Both the position numbers and the translations under genes were made by a program. Source: Felis catus (lineage: Eukaryota). From it: a stretch of 60,000 nucleotides of DNA. The stretch is from positions 436,001 to 496,000 of the forward strand of contig NC_058369.1 in NCBI RefSeq assembly GCF_018350175.1, in the 5' to 3' direction. Position 1 is the stretch's first letter; each line of letters begins with the position of its first letter. Positions 1-11,600 of this stretch are shown piece after piece. The notes under the pieces were generated by a model. It was not told the DNA's origin. It saw nothing but the letters and a program-made list of their open reading frames with translations, and did not search any database.

Positions 1-421
1 CCACTTTGTGGCCAGATGCACAGATGTTTCCCCAGGATTCGGGCTGGCTGGAACCAGTGTTGTCTGCCAGGGTCACCTGGCTTCCTGCTGGGGGAGCTGG
101 GCCTGGAGCCGGGTCCCTGGTTGCTCTTCCTCCCCCGGCCCAGACTCCCCCCCCCCCCCCCCCACCATGCTTTCTCCTCAGCTGCCACTTTCCCAGGTGG
201 CCCCTGCCCATGGTGGCCTGGGGACAGTCTACGCACTCGCTCACTGGGTGCCTGATTCTGGGAAGGACAGCGGGCTTGAGGTCTCTCATCTCTCTCTGGC
301 CCCTGCAAGGGGCCAGAGGGCCCAGCCACCGGCCCATTGCTGTCTGTGCCCCCCCTGCGAGCCTCAGTTTCCCTGTCTGTGAACCGGGCAGCGTTAGAGT
401 GAGTGCTGGTTGTTGCTGTAG

Positions 422-642
422 GTTTTTTTTTTTTTTTTTCAACGTTTATTTATTTTTGGGACAGAGAGAGGCAGAGCATGAACGGGGGAGGGGCAGAGAG
501 AGAGGGAGACACAGAATCAGAAACAGGCTCCAGGCTCTGAGCCATCAGCCCAGAGCCCGACGCGGGGCTCGAACTCACGGACCGCGAGATCGTGACCTGG
601 CTGAAGTCGGACGCTTAACCGACTGCGCCACCCAGGCGCCCC
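422..642 (-). mobile_element. Young Felis-type Can-SINE (SINEC_Fc-like, tRNA-derived) in ARID3A intron
   Basis: On the minus strand it reads GGGGCGCCTGGGTGGCGCAGTCGGTTAAGCGTCCGACTTCAGCCAGGTCACGATC..., then a (CT)n tract and poly(A) tail. Perfect 15-bp target-site duplication TGGTTGTTGCTGTAG at 407-421 and 644-658. Confidence 0.95.
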
Positions 643-3600
643 ATGGTTGTTGCTGTAGTTAATTAGCACTCGGGTGTCCTGGCAGAGGAGTGGTGGGGCG
701 GGGCGGGCGCCAGCCGCGTGCTGCCTGGGGCTGCCCCTCCGTGTCCGGCTCCTCTTGTCCCTAGGACGGTGGCCCACGCGGAGGTGGGATGCCCAGGAGG
801 TAAGCTCTGGTGGTCCCGCTCAGCCGCTGGCCTCCCCGGGGCAGACCCAATCCTTCCTTGTGTCTTCCATTCGGGTTCTGGCAGAGGCTCCTGTGGGTGT
901 GCCCAGCGGGGACCCCGGGACCCCTTCCTCTCGACTCCTTCTCGACTCCTGGGCAGAGGGAGGGAGGCGGGGGGCAGCCCCCTGGCTCTCTGCACTGGGC
1001 GCAGGCTGGCCGGCGATGGCGGGACGGGGACAGCACAGCCAGGGCAGGGACATCTTTCTGAGCCTTCCCAGCCACCAGGAAATTCCCTTTCAGAGAAAAC
1101 CCCACGATGGGACTTTTAGTTCCTGGGTGCCGGGCCCTGGCCACAGCACTGGACCCCTGGCCGCTCGGAGCCGGGAGCCAGGTGGGAGCTGCGAGGCTGT
1201 TTGGTGACCCTTGAACGAAATGCCCCAAGGCCGAGTGCGACATTGGATATCTAACTGCTTGGGGTTGAGGGGAGAAGATTCAGGATTCTTGGCTTTCTGA
1301 GCTGAAGCGTTTGCCCAGAGTGCCAGGTGCTTTAGGGCAGGGTCTCTCCCCAGCCCTGCGAGGCTCCACACGGCCTGGGGCACCCGAGGGCCGGGTCCTG
1401 GGTTCCGTGCTGCCCTGCAGGTTTCTCTCAGCCCCCCTGCTTCCTGGTCCGAGGTGGGCTCCCCTCGGCCAGTGGGTGAGGGGCCCCCACAGGGACTGGA
1501 GGCCGGCGGGATTTGCCTGCCATTTGCATGCTGCGTGGGGCGAGGAATTGCCGCTTCCCCACCTCTTCCTAGAATTGTTCCTCAGCCGCCCTCCATCGAG
1601 GGTGCGTTCTCAGGGCTGGACCTGTGGGTGTGCCCCCGTGGGCCTCAGTTTCCCCAGCTTTGGCATGGTGCTGGCGGGCGACCAGCTTGTCTGGCCATCA
1701 AGGTGGTTCCTCCCCTGTCCCCCACCCCCAGCTACGTCCTGGTCCCCCTGGTCCCCACCTTGATGCCGCAGGCGCCCCTGCCCACTTCACTGAGGCCCCG
1801 GGGTGGCCCCGGCCGTGCAGAAGGCCGACCGGGAGAGGACGGCAGTGTGGTGTCGGGGCACATGCCCGGCCCGCACAATCTGGAAATCCAGAAAGAAGTG
1901 CCCCTAAGCTTCAGCTCCACGTTAAGCCTTATGACTCGTTTCTGGAGCTTTTTATTAATATCTGTCATGGGTGGGGTGCCGTCTTTTCAGAGAGGGGCAC
2001 ATGGCCGGCCGGGGGTGCGAGGCCGAGCGGACAGATGTTTGTGCCCTGCCCAGAATCACTTCCTCAATCTCCTGCGAGCCCCGTGGGCTCACCACATCTG
2101 TGTGGAGGAGGCTGAGCCGGCGCTGACGGGAAATGAAAGGCGGCCTGGTCGCCCAGGCGGGTGCCCCAGGGGTCAGGTGCACCAGGAGGGCGGCTCACGG
2201 GAAGGGCGCGAGGTCGCCCAGACGTCGCCTAAGGCCCTGCTGCGTGCGGCAGCCAGTGACCCCCGCCCCCGGGGCCACGGCGCCTGCCTCGGATCCTGCC
2301 GTGTCCCCCACTGGCCTGCGGTTCTCTTGGGCAGCGTCCAGCAGCAGCCTTGACATACAGAAGGTGCTCAATGTGGCTGCAAAACGGGTTGTCTCGGCCG
2401 ACGCCTGTGGGCTGACACAGCTCCCGCTCGGCGTCCACCTCTTCCGAGAGGTGTTGTGGGAGTTTCCACGGCAGAATTTTCCCTCAGGTGCAAAACTCCC
2501 TGGGAGCCCGGCCGGGCCGTCCGCTGGCCTGCGTGCTTACAGAGCAGGGACGGGGCACCGGCTTCCTGGTCACATCATCCCTGCCCCCTGCGATGGGTAG
2601 ACTGGGGCTCGGAGCACAGACAGGGAGGGTTCCCCACCCTGGGTTCTTCCACCCCGACCCACCTCCCCGCCAGGTGCCCGCTGAGCTCCATCCTTTCTTC
2701 GTTCACCACGTTGCTCCGGGGTCACTGTCGCGAGGGGTGGGGCCCGAGCTTTGCCACATTGGGGCCGTGCCACCTTGGACGAGGCGAGCTGTTGGCGGTC
2801 CACAGATGCTGCCAGGAGACCTGCCCTCTGCCCACCTCCGTTTCCCCAGGTGCACAGTGGCCTGGAGGAGTGGTGGGGAGGCCCAGTGGTTGCCGCCCTG
2901 CCTGCCCGGCCCCAGCACCTGCGGCTCTTTCTGTGAATGGGGGAGGCTGGGGCGGCCCCCAGGGACTCTGTTCCCGGCCCACCTGGGGCCCCGGCGACAA
3001 GGCTGGACATGCTGAGTCATCTCGGTCGGTGGGGAGAGGCTTTGTGCGGGGGATGGGAGGGGGCCCAGGGCCGAGAGCCTCAGTGAGCCTCCTTCCTTCC
3101 TTCATTAGCGGGCGCCGAGCCCAGCACCCGCAGCCCCCAGACCTGCTCTTGGGGGCTCTCGTCTGGGTGTGGGGGGAGCCCTTCGCCCAACGAGCACAGT
3201 CATATGCCCGGTGACAGACGCTGGGGGCGGTGGGGGTGCAGAGCCTCACTGGCCGTGCTGCCCCGGCCTGGGGGTCAGACCCGGCCGCGGGAGCAGAGGC
3301 TTCGGTGGGAGGAGGGCTCCAGCTGGACCTGGCGTTATACTGCAGAGGGGCCGGTGTGGTGGGGCAGAGGTGCCTCGGGGAGCAGCTGCTGGGCCTGGAA
3401 AGCAGGAAGCCTGGGCTTTATCCTGACAGCGATAGGGAGCCATGGTCGGCTTTAGAGCAGAGGAGACCCGATGGCATCTGTCTGTAGAGATGAAAGGTCC
3501 CTGGACCCTCTGCCCCTGGGAGCCTGCGTCTGGTTTACTGTCCTGGTCAGTCTCCGGGGTGGGGGGGTGCGGGGGATAAAAAACTGTTGCCTCCTTCTCT

Positions 3601-3669
3601 GCTGTTTCACTTTGCCTTCAGGAGTTACGGTGAATAAGCCCTTCTCCCAAACCCTGAGGACGTAAAGAC

Positions 3670-3970
3670 AGGCGAGGGTATACCGACGTGTGTTAGCAGC
3701 GGGCCGTAAGGACAGCCCTGCGCCCACCGGCGGGTAACGGACGAGCAGCGCGTCCACCCACACGCGCGGGAATGCCGCTCGCCTCCAGCAGGCGCGTCCA
3801 CAGGCAGGAAGGGGGCTCGTGGGGGCGGGGCCTGGCTGACCGGGTTGGGTTTGGAAAGATGGAATGTTCTGGAATTACATAGAGATGGTGGTCGCGTAAC
3901 TCCGTGAACACACTCGATGCCGCCGAAATACTTTGAGATGGTGAATTCTGCGTGATGTGGATCTCACTCC
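3670..3970 (+). mobile_element. Degenerate L1 (L1MA/L1MB-like) 3'-end fragment
   Basis: Motifs GTTTGGAAAGATGGAATGTTCTGGAATTACATAGAGATGGTGGT and GATGGTGAATTCTGCGTGATGTG resemble old L1 3' UTR ends. Boundaries approximate. Confidence 0.55.
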
Positions 3971-6734
3971 TGTGGATCCTTTTTTTCCAGGTTTAGAGAC
4001 GAGTAGGTGAGGGTACACACTTGGCGTCCTGGGCCCCCCGGCCCTGCCTGTGACGCTGCCACCCACCGAGCCTGGTTCCGGGCCATGGAGGAGGGCACAC
4101 TCTTGGTGTCCTGTAAGCCGTGTTGGGCACTGCAACAGCAAGCCTTTCTAACAGGCTTCCTGTCCTTGGCATTGCTCTGCCTTCCCTTCCTTGGTGGCTT
4201 GGGGCTCACGGGCCCCGGAACGGCAGGCACTGGGCTTTCTTGATGTTTCCTAATTTTGGTTCCTCTCTCTGCCTTGTAAGGACAGCGGCGGCCTCCCCCC
4301 CCCCCCCCCCCCGCCCCGGGTCTCCCTGCGGGCCCAGCAGCCTCCTCCTCAGGTGGAGCCCTGCGGACTTTGGAGCCGCCTGGGTGGCAGGAGGGGGCCT
4401 GAGCAGACACCGTTAAAGGGGCAAAGGTCCTCCCAGGGGCCCTGCAGGCGGTTGCTTTACAGCCTGGGCCCCTCGGCCTTGGGCTGGATGCCGCCCCCCC
4501 CGCCCCCCCCCCCCCCCCGGGCCCCGTGGTGGGCTGGGAACCGGCTCGGGGTTGCCCAGGTGGGGCCTCCTGGGGATGTGGTCTTGTCGGAGCGTCATGC
4601 CCGGGGAGGGGGCCGCTTGTGTGCTGGGTCCTGGTGGTGCCCTCCCCGCACAAGCACATCCCCAGGCCAGGCCCCTCGCTTTGCGGGCTTGGTGGCCAAG
4701 GGCGGGGGGGGGGGGGGAGGGGTCCCCCACCGAGGGTGAGCTCCCTGGCCTCTTCAGGGCAGCTGAAGGCCCCCCCCCAGCTCCCAGATACACAACTTGA
4801 CCTGGTCAGCGGTATGGCCCGCTGACCAACAAGGAGTCTCCTAGCACAGACAATGCTCCTTAACCACAAACAAGAATTTCCTGTTTGCCCATCCTGCGCT
4901 TGGGGGTGGGGAGCGCTTACCTTGTTTTTGCCACTACCTGGGCCTCCCACACGGCTGCCCCTCAGTGAGAGCACTCGGGAAGGGGTGAGGGCAGGAGGGG
5001 CGGCCAGTGTGCGAAGCCAGGTCTCGGGTGGGGGACACGGGATGGGACAGGAGCTCATGCCCAGACTGCCGGGCTCTGGCTGCTGCACGGGGTGACCAGG
5101 GAGGCTTGGCCCTACCCGCTCTGTGCCTCAGTTTCCTTTTCTGTGAAGTGGGTGGGGCTGGGGTGGGGAAGACCACTTGGCAACAAGGGGTCCCCCGGCC
5201 TCCATCACCCTCCGCCACAGCCGAGAGACAGGCAGGGGGCCCGTGGGGGGCTGGGTGTACCCCCCTGACGCAGCCGGCTGGGGCCCAGGGAGGGGCATGG
5301 CTGCCCCTTCCCTGGCGGAAGGCTGGGGCCCCCAGCTGCCCGTCTGCCCAGCGTAGGATGTCACTCGCCCACAGCATGAGCCTTGTGGGGCACATAACAG
5401 ATCTGGAAAAGGGTGAGCGGCCCCATCCCGTGGCACACTGAGAAATCAAGGCCCGTGTGTTAAGCAGCCGCCTGGTACCCGGTTGTAGACATTGGGGACG
5501 AAGCAGACAGGGTCTATGTGACCTTCTCCTGGGGCACACGGGCCTGTGGCCAGCCCCGCGTGTAAATCCACGTGGCTCGGGCAGTGGGAGGGCAGGGGAA
5601 GAGCGTCAGTAAACGAAAAAGTCGCCCACGGTCAGTAAACATGTTCCAGTGGGAGCAGAGCATGTGCCACGGAGATGGGGCAGCAGCTGTGACCCCCGGG
5701 GGGCGGGGCCCCGGGGGGGGGGGCCGGGGGGGCCGGTTTGACGAGAGAGCGGGACTCGAGAAGCCAGCGGGGGCGGTCCAGGCGGGAGGCGCTGCTGGGG
5801 CAAAGGCGCTGACGTGGGACCGGTTTGGAAGCTGGAGGAAGTGGGGGGGGGCGGGGGGGGTCTCCGGGGCCCTCGTGGGCTGCAGGGCCGTTGGGGGGTG
5901 GCTGGTGCCACTAGGTCAGGCGGGGCCAGGGCGAGAGCCGAGACCGGCGCGGGTCGTCTGTCTCAGCCCTCGGCCCGAGGGAGGGGCTCCGGCGGCTTCG
6001 CGGGTGTCCAGCCTGGTTTGTGGCCGTGGCAGGAGACTGGTTTCAGTGCCCCCCCGGCCCACCTCAAGCGGGGCAGAGGCCTGGGCCGAGCGCGGGATGT
6101 GTTGTGTCCCCGCGGTGTGAGTTGGAGCCTCGTGAGGACAGGCGGTGGGCGTGCCGGCCTGCAGTGGGGCCCGGACACTGTCCCCCATGCCCCCGTCCCT
6201 CCGGCCTGGCCGGGGCAGCAGGGGAGCGGAACTTGGGGCCTGAGCCCCATAAAGCTGGGGTGGCCTTTACTGCCTGCCTTTGTTGTCAGCTGTCCACAGC
6301 AACAGCCGTTAAAGCGGCCTCCCCCCAGCAGCGGGGGGCCCTGCACATCCCCCTTTACGGCCTCGAACAATACCCTGGCCCCACGGGGGTCTGACTGGGC
6401 CCTGCCGCAGGCCTGTCCACCCACCATTTGGCCTGGGGGCTAACAGCTCCCCCACCTAGCCAGCTGCCAGGTCTCGGGGGAGCTGGTCTCCATCCTGAGC
6501 CTCAGTTTCCCCGCCTGGGATACAGGGGTCACGACGGTTCCTGGAGCTCCAGGTGAAGCTGTCATGTTTATGGTGAGCTGTCCTCGCGAATGGGAGGACT
6601 GAGGCAGGAGGGGCACTGAGGTCTCTCGGGACCGGGTCCAGGGAGGTTCAGGCAGGGTGGACACCACCACCCCCCCGCCCCCGCCCCAGGTCAGGATCTC
6701 ACAGATGTTGCCGCCTATCAGGAGGGGCCTGTGT

Positions 6735-7105
6735 GCACGGCCATAGCAATGACCACAGACTGTGAGACTGAAAACAGCAGGAATTTGTTTTCCCGAATTC
6801 TGGAGCCAGATGTCTAAGATCCAGGTGGGGCAGGGCCATGCTCCCCCGCGGCTCCAAGGAGGGTCTTTCTTGCCTCTTGTCGCCTCTGGTGTGGCCGGCG
6901 GCCCCTGGCGTCCCTCAGTTGTGGCCTCGTCCTCACACGGCCTTCTCTGTGGCTGTGTCTCTTCTCCTAGAAGGACACGTGTTGTGGGATTAGGGCCACC
7001 CTATCCCGAGTACGACCTCAGCTTAACTGACCACATCCTCCACGACCCCATTTCCAGATAAGATCGCACAGGTGGGGGTTCGGGTGGAGGTGAACCTGGG
7101 GACAC
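6735..7105 (-). mobile_element. Old MaLR (MLT1-type) LTR fragment
   Basis: GACCACAGACTG...TTCTGGAGCCAGATGTCTAAGATCCAGGTG...AGAAGGACAC...GGATTAGGGCCACCCTA...CCCATTTCCAGATAAG follows the reverse-strand MLT1 LTR pattern. Recognised by eye. Confidence 0.6.
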
Positions 7106-8111
7106 CTGCTGTCTCCAGCGAGACTCCAAAACGTGGTGATGCCCCTCTGCCCAGGCTGGCCCACACTGAAGCAAGTCAGGGATCACCGAACGACCATTTA
7201 TTCACCGACTGCCGTGTGCTTGACCCCACCTAGACACTAGTGACAAACCACACGAAGCCCCCACATCCCACACGAGCGGGCCGACAGGAGACCCGACCAG
7301 CGTGTAGTCCCACGGGACGTGGTGCAGGAAGGGTCAGGGAGGAGAGTGGGTGTGAGGTCCCAGGAGGGGGGTGTGCGTGGCAGGGTGTGTGGGCGGGAGA
7401 GGCGGGGACGGGGCAGGGGAGGATGGCCGAGGTCCACCTGCAGGCCACACACCCTCAGGCAGGGGGAGGCGTGGGGCCTCCCTGACCACCATAAATCAGC
7501 ACAGGAATGTAGCTGGCCAGCCTGGCTGGGGCAGGGCAGAGACAAAGACTCAGCCTGGACCACCCCGGCCTGTGCCCGGAGGCCCTGCGTTGTTGTCTCT
7601 GTTCCACCGATGGGGGAACCAAACCCCAGAGAGGGGAGGGAGGCTGAGGGGCGGCCAGCCCCGGAGACCCTGCCTCCGAAGCCCCCGGGGATGTGGCAGG
7701 CGGCAGGCGCTGGGCGTTGGCGTGTTCTTGGGCCCTAATGATGGACTGTCCCAGCCAGGGCTGATTGGTGGTTTCAAGGCCCCCCACGGGCCTGATCCCT
7801 CTGGGTCCATTCCCCAGGGCTTAACGTGAAGGTTGCTCTTTGCCGCCGCCCCCCTCCAACTCCACTCTCCAGTCACCTCTGCTGCCGGCCCCTGGGAGCA
7901 GGTGGTCAATGCAGCCGGGGACCCCCGAGCCCCTCACCCAATGACTGGAGAGCCCAGGGCAGAGTCTGGGCCGAAGGGCCCTGATATTCCCAGGCTCTGG
8001 GCTCTCACCTGCCTCTGGGCCTCGATTTCCTCACCTACAAAACAGAGCCGCCTCTCGGGGGGCAGCACCAGGATGTGGCCTCTGCGTGCTGGCTGTCTGC
8101 ACCGGCGTTGT

Positions 8112-8420
8112 CTGTCTGGGACGAATGGTGTCTCCCAAATGACATGTCAACCCAGCTCCCGGCCCGAGAACGAGCTCCTATGGGGAGCAGGGTCTTTGCA
8201 GGTGTCGTTAGTTAAGGGGGAGACGAGGGGGCCCAATCCAGTGGGGGTGTCCTCAAAGAAGCAGGGCTCCGACAGGTGCACGGAGGAGCCCGTGGAGGTG
8301 CTGGAGGGACACCTGGGGCTCCAGGAGCGGGCCAGCAGGAGGGACCCGCCTCAGGAGACCCCTGGGTCTGGGCGCTGCCCTTCAGGGCCGCAGGAGACTC
8401 AACCTTTGTTCTAAGGGGCC
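8112..8420 (+). mobile_element. Old MaLR (MLT1-type) LTR fragment
   Basis: GAATGGTGTCTCCCAAA...GGGTCTTTGCAGGTGTCGTTAGTTAAG...CCCAATCCAGTG...GTGTCCT resembles the MLT1 5' portion. Confidence 0.5.
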
Positions 8421-8624
8421 CAGCGTGTGGCTTGGGGGCGACCAACCGCCGTGGGAGACACACGCGGGTACCTGTGTCTTCATCTGAAACTGGGGCTGGG
8501 CTCTTTAGGCTCCGTGGGGCCTCAGGACCTCGGACCTGCCTCTGCCGGCCGCCCCTCAGTGGGGATGTGGCGCCCGTGCCCAAGCGCTGACACCGGCTGA
8601 CCCTTCCCCTCCCTGACCCCACAG

Positions 8625-11600
8625 CTCTACGAACTGGACGGGGACCCCAAGAGGAAGGAGTTCCTGGACGACTTGTTCAGCTTCATGCAGAAGCGAGGTG
8701 AGGCTCGCCCACGGGGGTCCTGGGGACTGGCGCCTGCTTGGCAGTCGGGTCTGATGGGGGAGGCACAGGTGGGAGCGTCTAAGGGGTAGGTCCTTGGGTA
8801 GGAGGTGTCTGGTCCCCAACCCAGAACCGTCAGGTCAGGCCTTTTTTTGCTGCCGAGACCCGTGGTGCGATGGAGTCCTGGCTCCCAGGGACCCCCGGCC
8901 ACCGCCCCCAGGGTCCCCTGCAGCAGAGCCGGCCTCCAGGGAGCAGAGGTGGACGGCCAGGAGGGCAGCTGGGCCCTGGGACAATAGGATAGAAGTTCCT
9001 CGGGTTCGCTTCCTGGCCTTCGTGGTATTGACACTGGTGTTCCGTGGCTGCTGGTGCAAGGCCAGTCCCGGCCCCTCCCCTGTGCCTGTGGGGGCGGGGC
9101 AGGGGCGGGGGGGGGGGGGGGGCTCAGTTCCCCCGTCTGTAAGACGGGCCAGGAACAGTTGCCACTGTGTGGCGGCACCCCACACATGCTGAGCACAGGG
9201 CTGCGTTTATGAAGTGCCAACAGCGTACCAGGCCAAGCCCCCGCCTCTGCAGCCCGCCCCACCCCCTGGGTCTGGGGTGTAGTGGATGCCGAACACGGCC
9301 CGGCCGGGAAATGCCTGGTGACCGAGGCCTGGAGAACAGGAAGATGACCGGGAGCAAAGGCCCAAGGGGCAGGGACCGGTCTGGGTGGACGTCCCGGTGG
9401 GGAAGCTGAGACCCAGACCCCAGGGGGTCCCCCGCACCCCCACGCGTGGCCTCGGCCTCGGCTCTGAGCTGCCACGGGGCGAGAGGCCTGGCCGGCCGGG
9501 GCCCCTGAGGGCACCCACTGCACAGTGGATGGAGCTCATTCCTCTGCCTGCTAGACAGCCCGCCTCGTGGGCCGTTCAGGGAAGGAAACTGAGGCCGGGG
9601 AGGGGATGCATCCTCCGAGCCCTGAGGCAGGAAGGGGCGGGCCCAGCTGGGGTGCTGCAGGGTCCACCTGGGGCCGCCGCAGGGGCTGGCCGCCGCTGGC
9701 TTTGTCCAGGGCCTCTTTGCGCCCCTCCCTCTCGAACAGCCTCTGTAAACACAGGCCCAGCCGCCCAGCCGGAAGGGAAGGGCAGGGGGCTGCGGCCTTC
9801 GCATTAACCCCTCCCGTGCCGGGGCTGGGGGAATCCAGACCCGGTCCTGGGGTGGGGGCCCCCTCCTTGTTATCACTGGGACCAGTCACATCCAGGGCCC
9901 GCTGCCCACCGTGTGGTCAGAGAGATCCTCCCCCACTCGCTTTATCGACCCGTCCACACCTGCCGGAGCCCCCCGCCCCCACCACCCTGCCGTGGGGCCC
10001 CGAGCTCCCCGGCCCAGAGCCCACTCATCCCGCCCGAGACTGGGCCTGGTGTCCTGGAGGTCGGGAAGTACCGTGAGCCGCCCTTGGGTATGGGTGAGGC
10101 GGGGGCCACACGGGACCGTGAGGGTCGGCGTCCAGCTCTGCCATCTTCGCCGAGCCGGGCTCCCCTGGAGGGCAGGGAGCGACAAACTCCTCTGCAACCC
10201 TCAGAACCCAGCCCCAAGTGCCCCTTTCCCTTGCCATCTTCTTGGACCCTCCCCTTCTGTAAGGCTTTGGGGCTGAGAGTGCGTTAGATCCCTCCCCCCT
10301 GGGCCCCGGACACCATGCCCTGCATCCCACAAGCCCTCCTTTCGCTCCAGACACAGAGAAAGTAATTTTTTTCCACGTCACAAAGGAGAAGGCTCTGAGA
10401 ATTCTCTGGGGGCTGGGAATGCGGGAGGGGTCCTGGCTGCGCCCCACCCTCCTGCTGTTTCCTTGAAGACCTCCCCACCCTCCTTATCTCCCTGCTGCCC
10501 CCACTGCCCCTGTCCTCCACCGGTGCCTCTCTGCTCTCCACCCTGCTCCTTCTGTAAACATCCGTCCAGGCCCCGTGCAGAGCCAGGGCGTGGGGTCCCC
10601 AGAGGATCTTTTGTGTGATTCTTTCTGTTCTTTCTCAGTGCAGAACCTGAACCAGTGTCCCAGGTGGGCCGGGGCTGGGTGAGCCCCTGACACTTGTCGC
10701 TTTTTCCTCTCTCCCTCTCGGGCTGAAAAATGGAATTGGGTAGGGTCGGTCGGGGGGGGGGGGGAGGTGAGGGGGGGTAGTCTGAGATCCAGCTTTCTCC
10801 ACCCTCTCCGGGTTGTCCTCAGTTAGTGGGGGTTTTGAAACCTGGAAAGGACAGAAGTGGCAGGAGGTGACCCCAGAGCATCTGGCTCTGGGGCCCAGGA
10901 ACCAGGGTCCCAGGAGTGTGGACCGGCTGGCCCCTCACGTGAAGCTGGGCTGGCCCTTCTCCAGGAGCCACAGCCCGGGGCCTCCGTTTGCCCATCTCTG
11001 GGGTGCGGCGACGTGCCCTGTAGGCTGTGACGCGGGCCGGTCACATCTCACTGTTGCTTCCTGAGCCCACGCCGTGTGCCAGCCTGGGCTCCAGGGGATC
11101 TGAGCCGGGCGACCCCAGCTGACCAGGACAGCAGCCAGGGGCCAGATGTTAGAGCAGGGTTTCAGCGGCAGGGAGAGTCGAAACGGGGGGCTTCTCCACC
11201 CTCGGCCGAGAAGGTGCCAGACAGGCTGGGCCACGGGCTTCTGCCTCAGGGGCACATGAGGAAGACAGGGACGGCAGCAGTTATGAGGGTCAGTGTGGGT
11301 GGAAAAGGGGACCAGCCCGCCACCCCGCTCTCTCAGCTGCAGGGTGGATTAGCCAAGTGCTGCCTCCTCACGGCTGCAAACCCCTGGGAAGCCCGGGACC
11401 CGGAGGGCACCTGCCTCGGGGACGCAGGCGGGTTGTGTTGGCCACGGTGCTTGTTGATGGAGCCACGCTCACAAGGGCCATGTTCCTCACACACGTCCCC
11501 AGGTTGGCCCCGCAGCCTGTCCCGGGTCTCTGTACCCCCGGGTGAGCCTCTGATGGAGACACGGGCCTCCTTGTGCTCTCTCAAGGGGGGGTTCCCCCGG

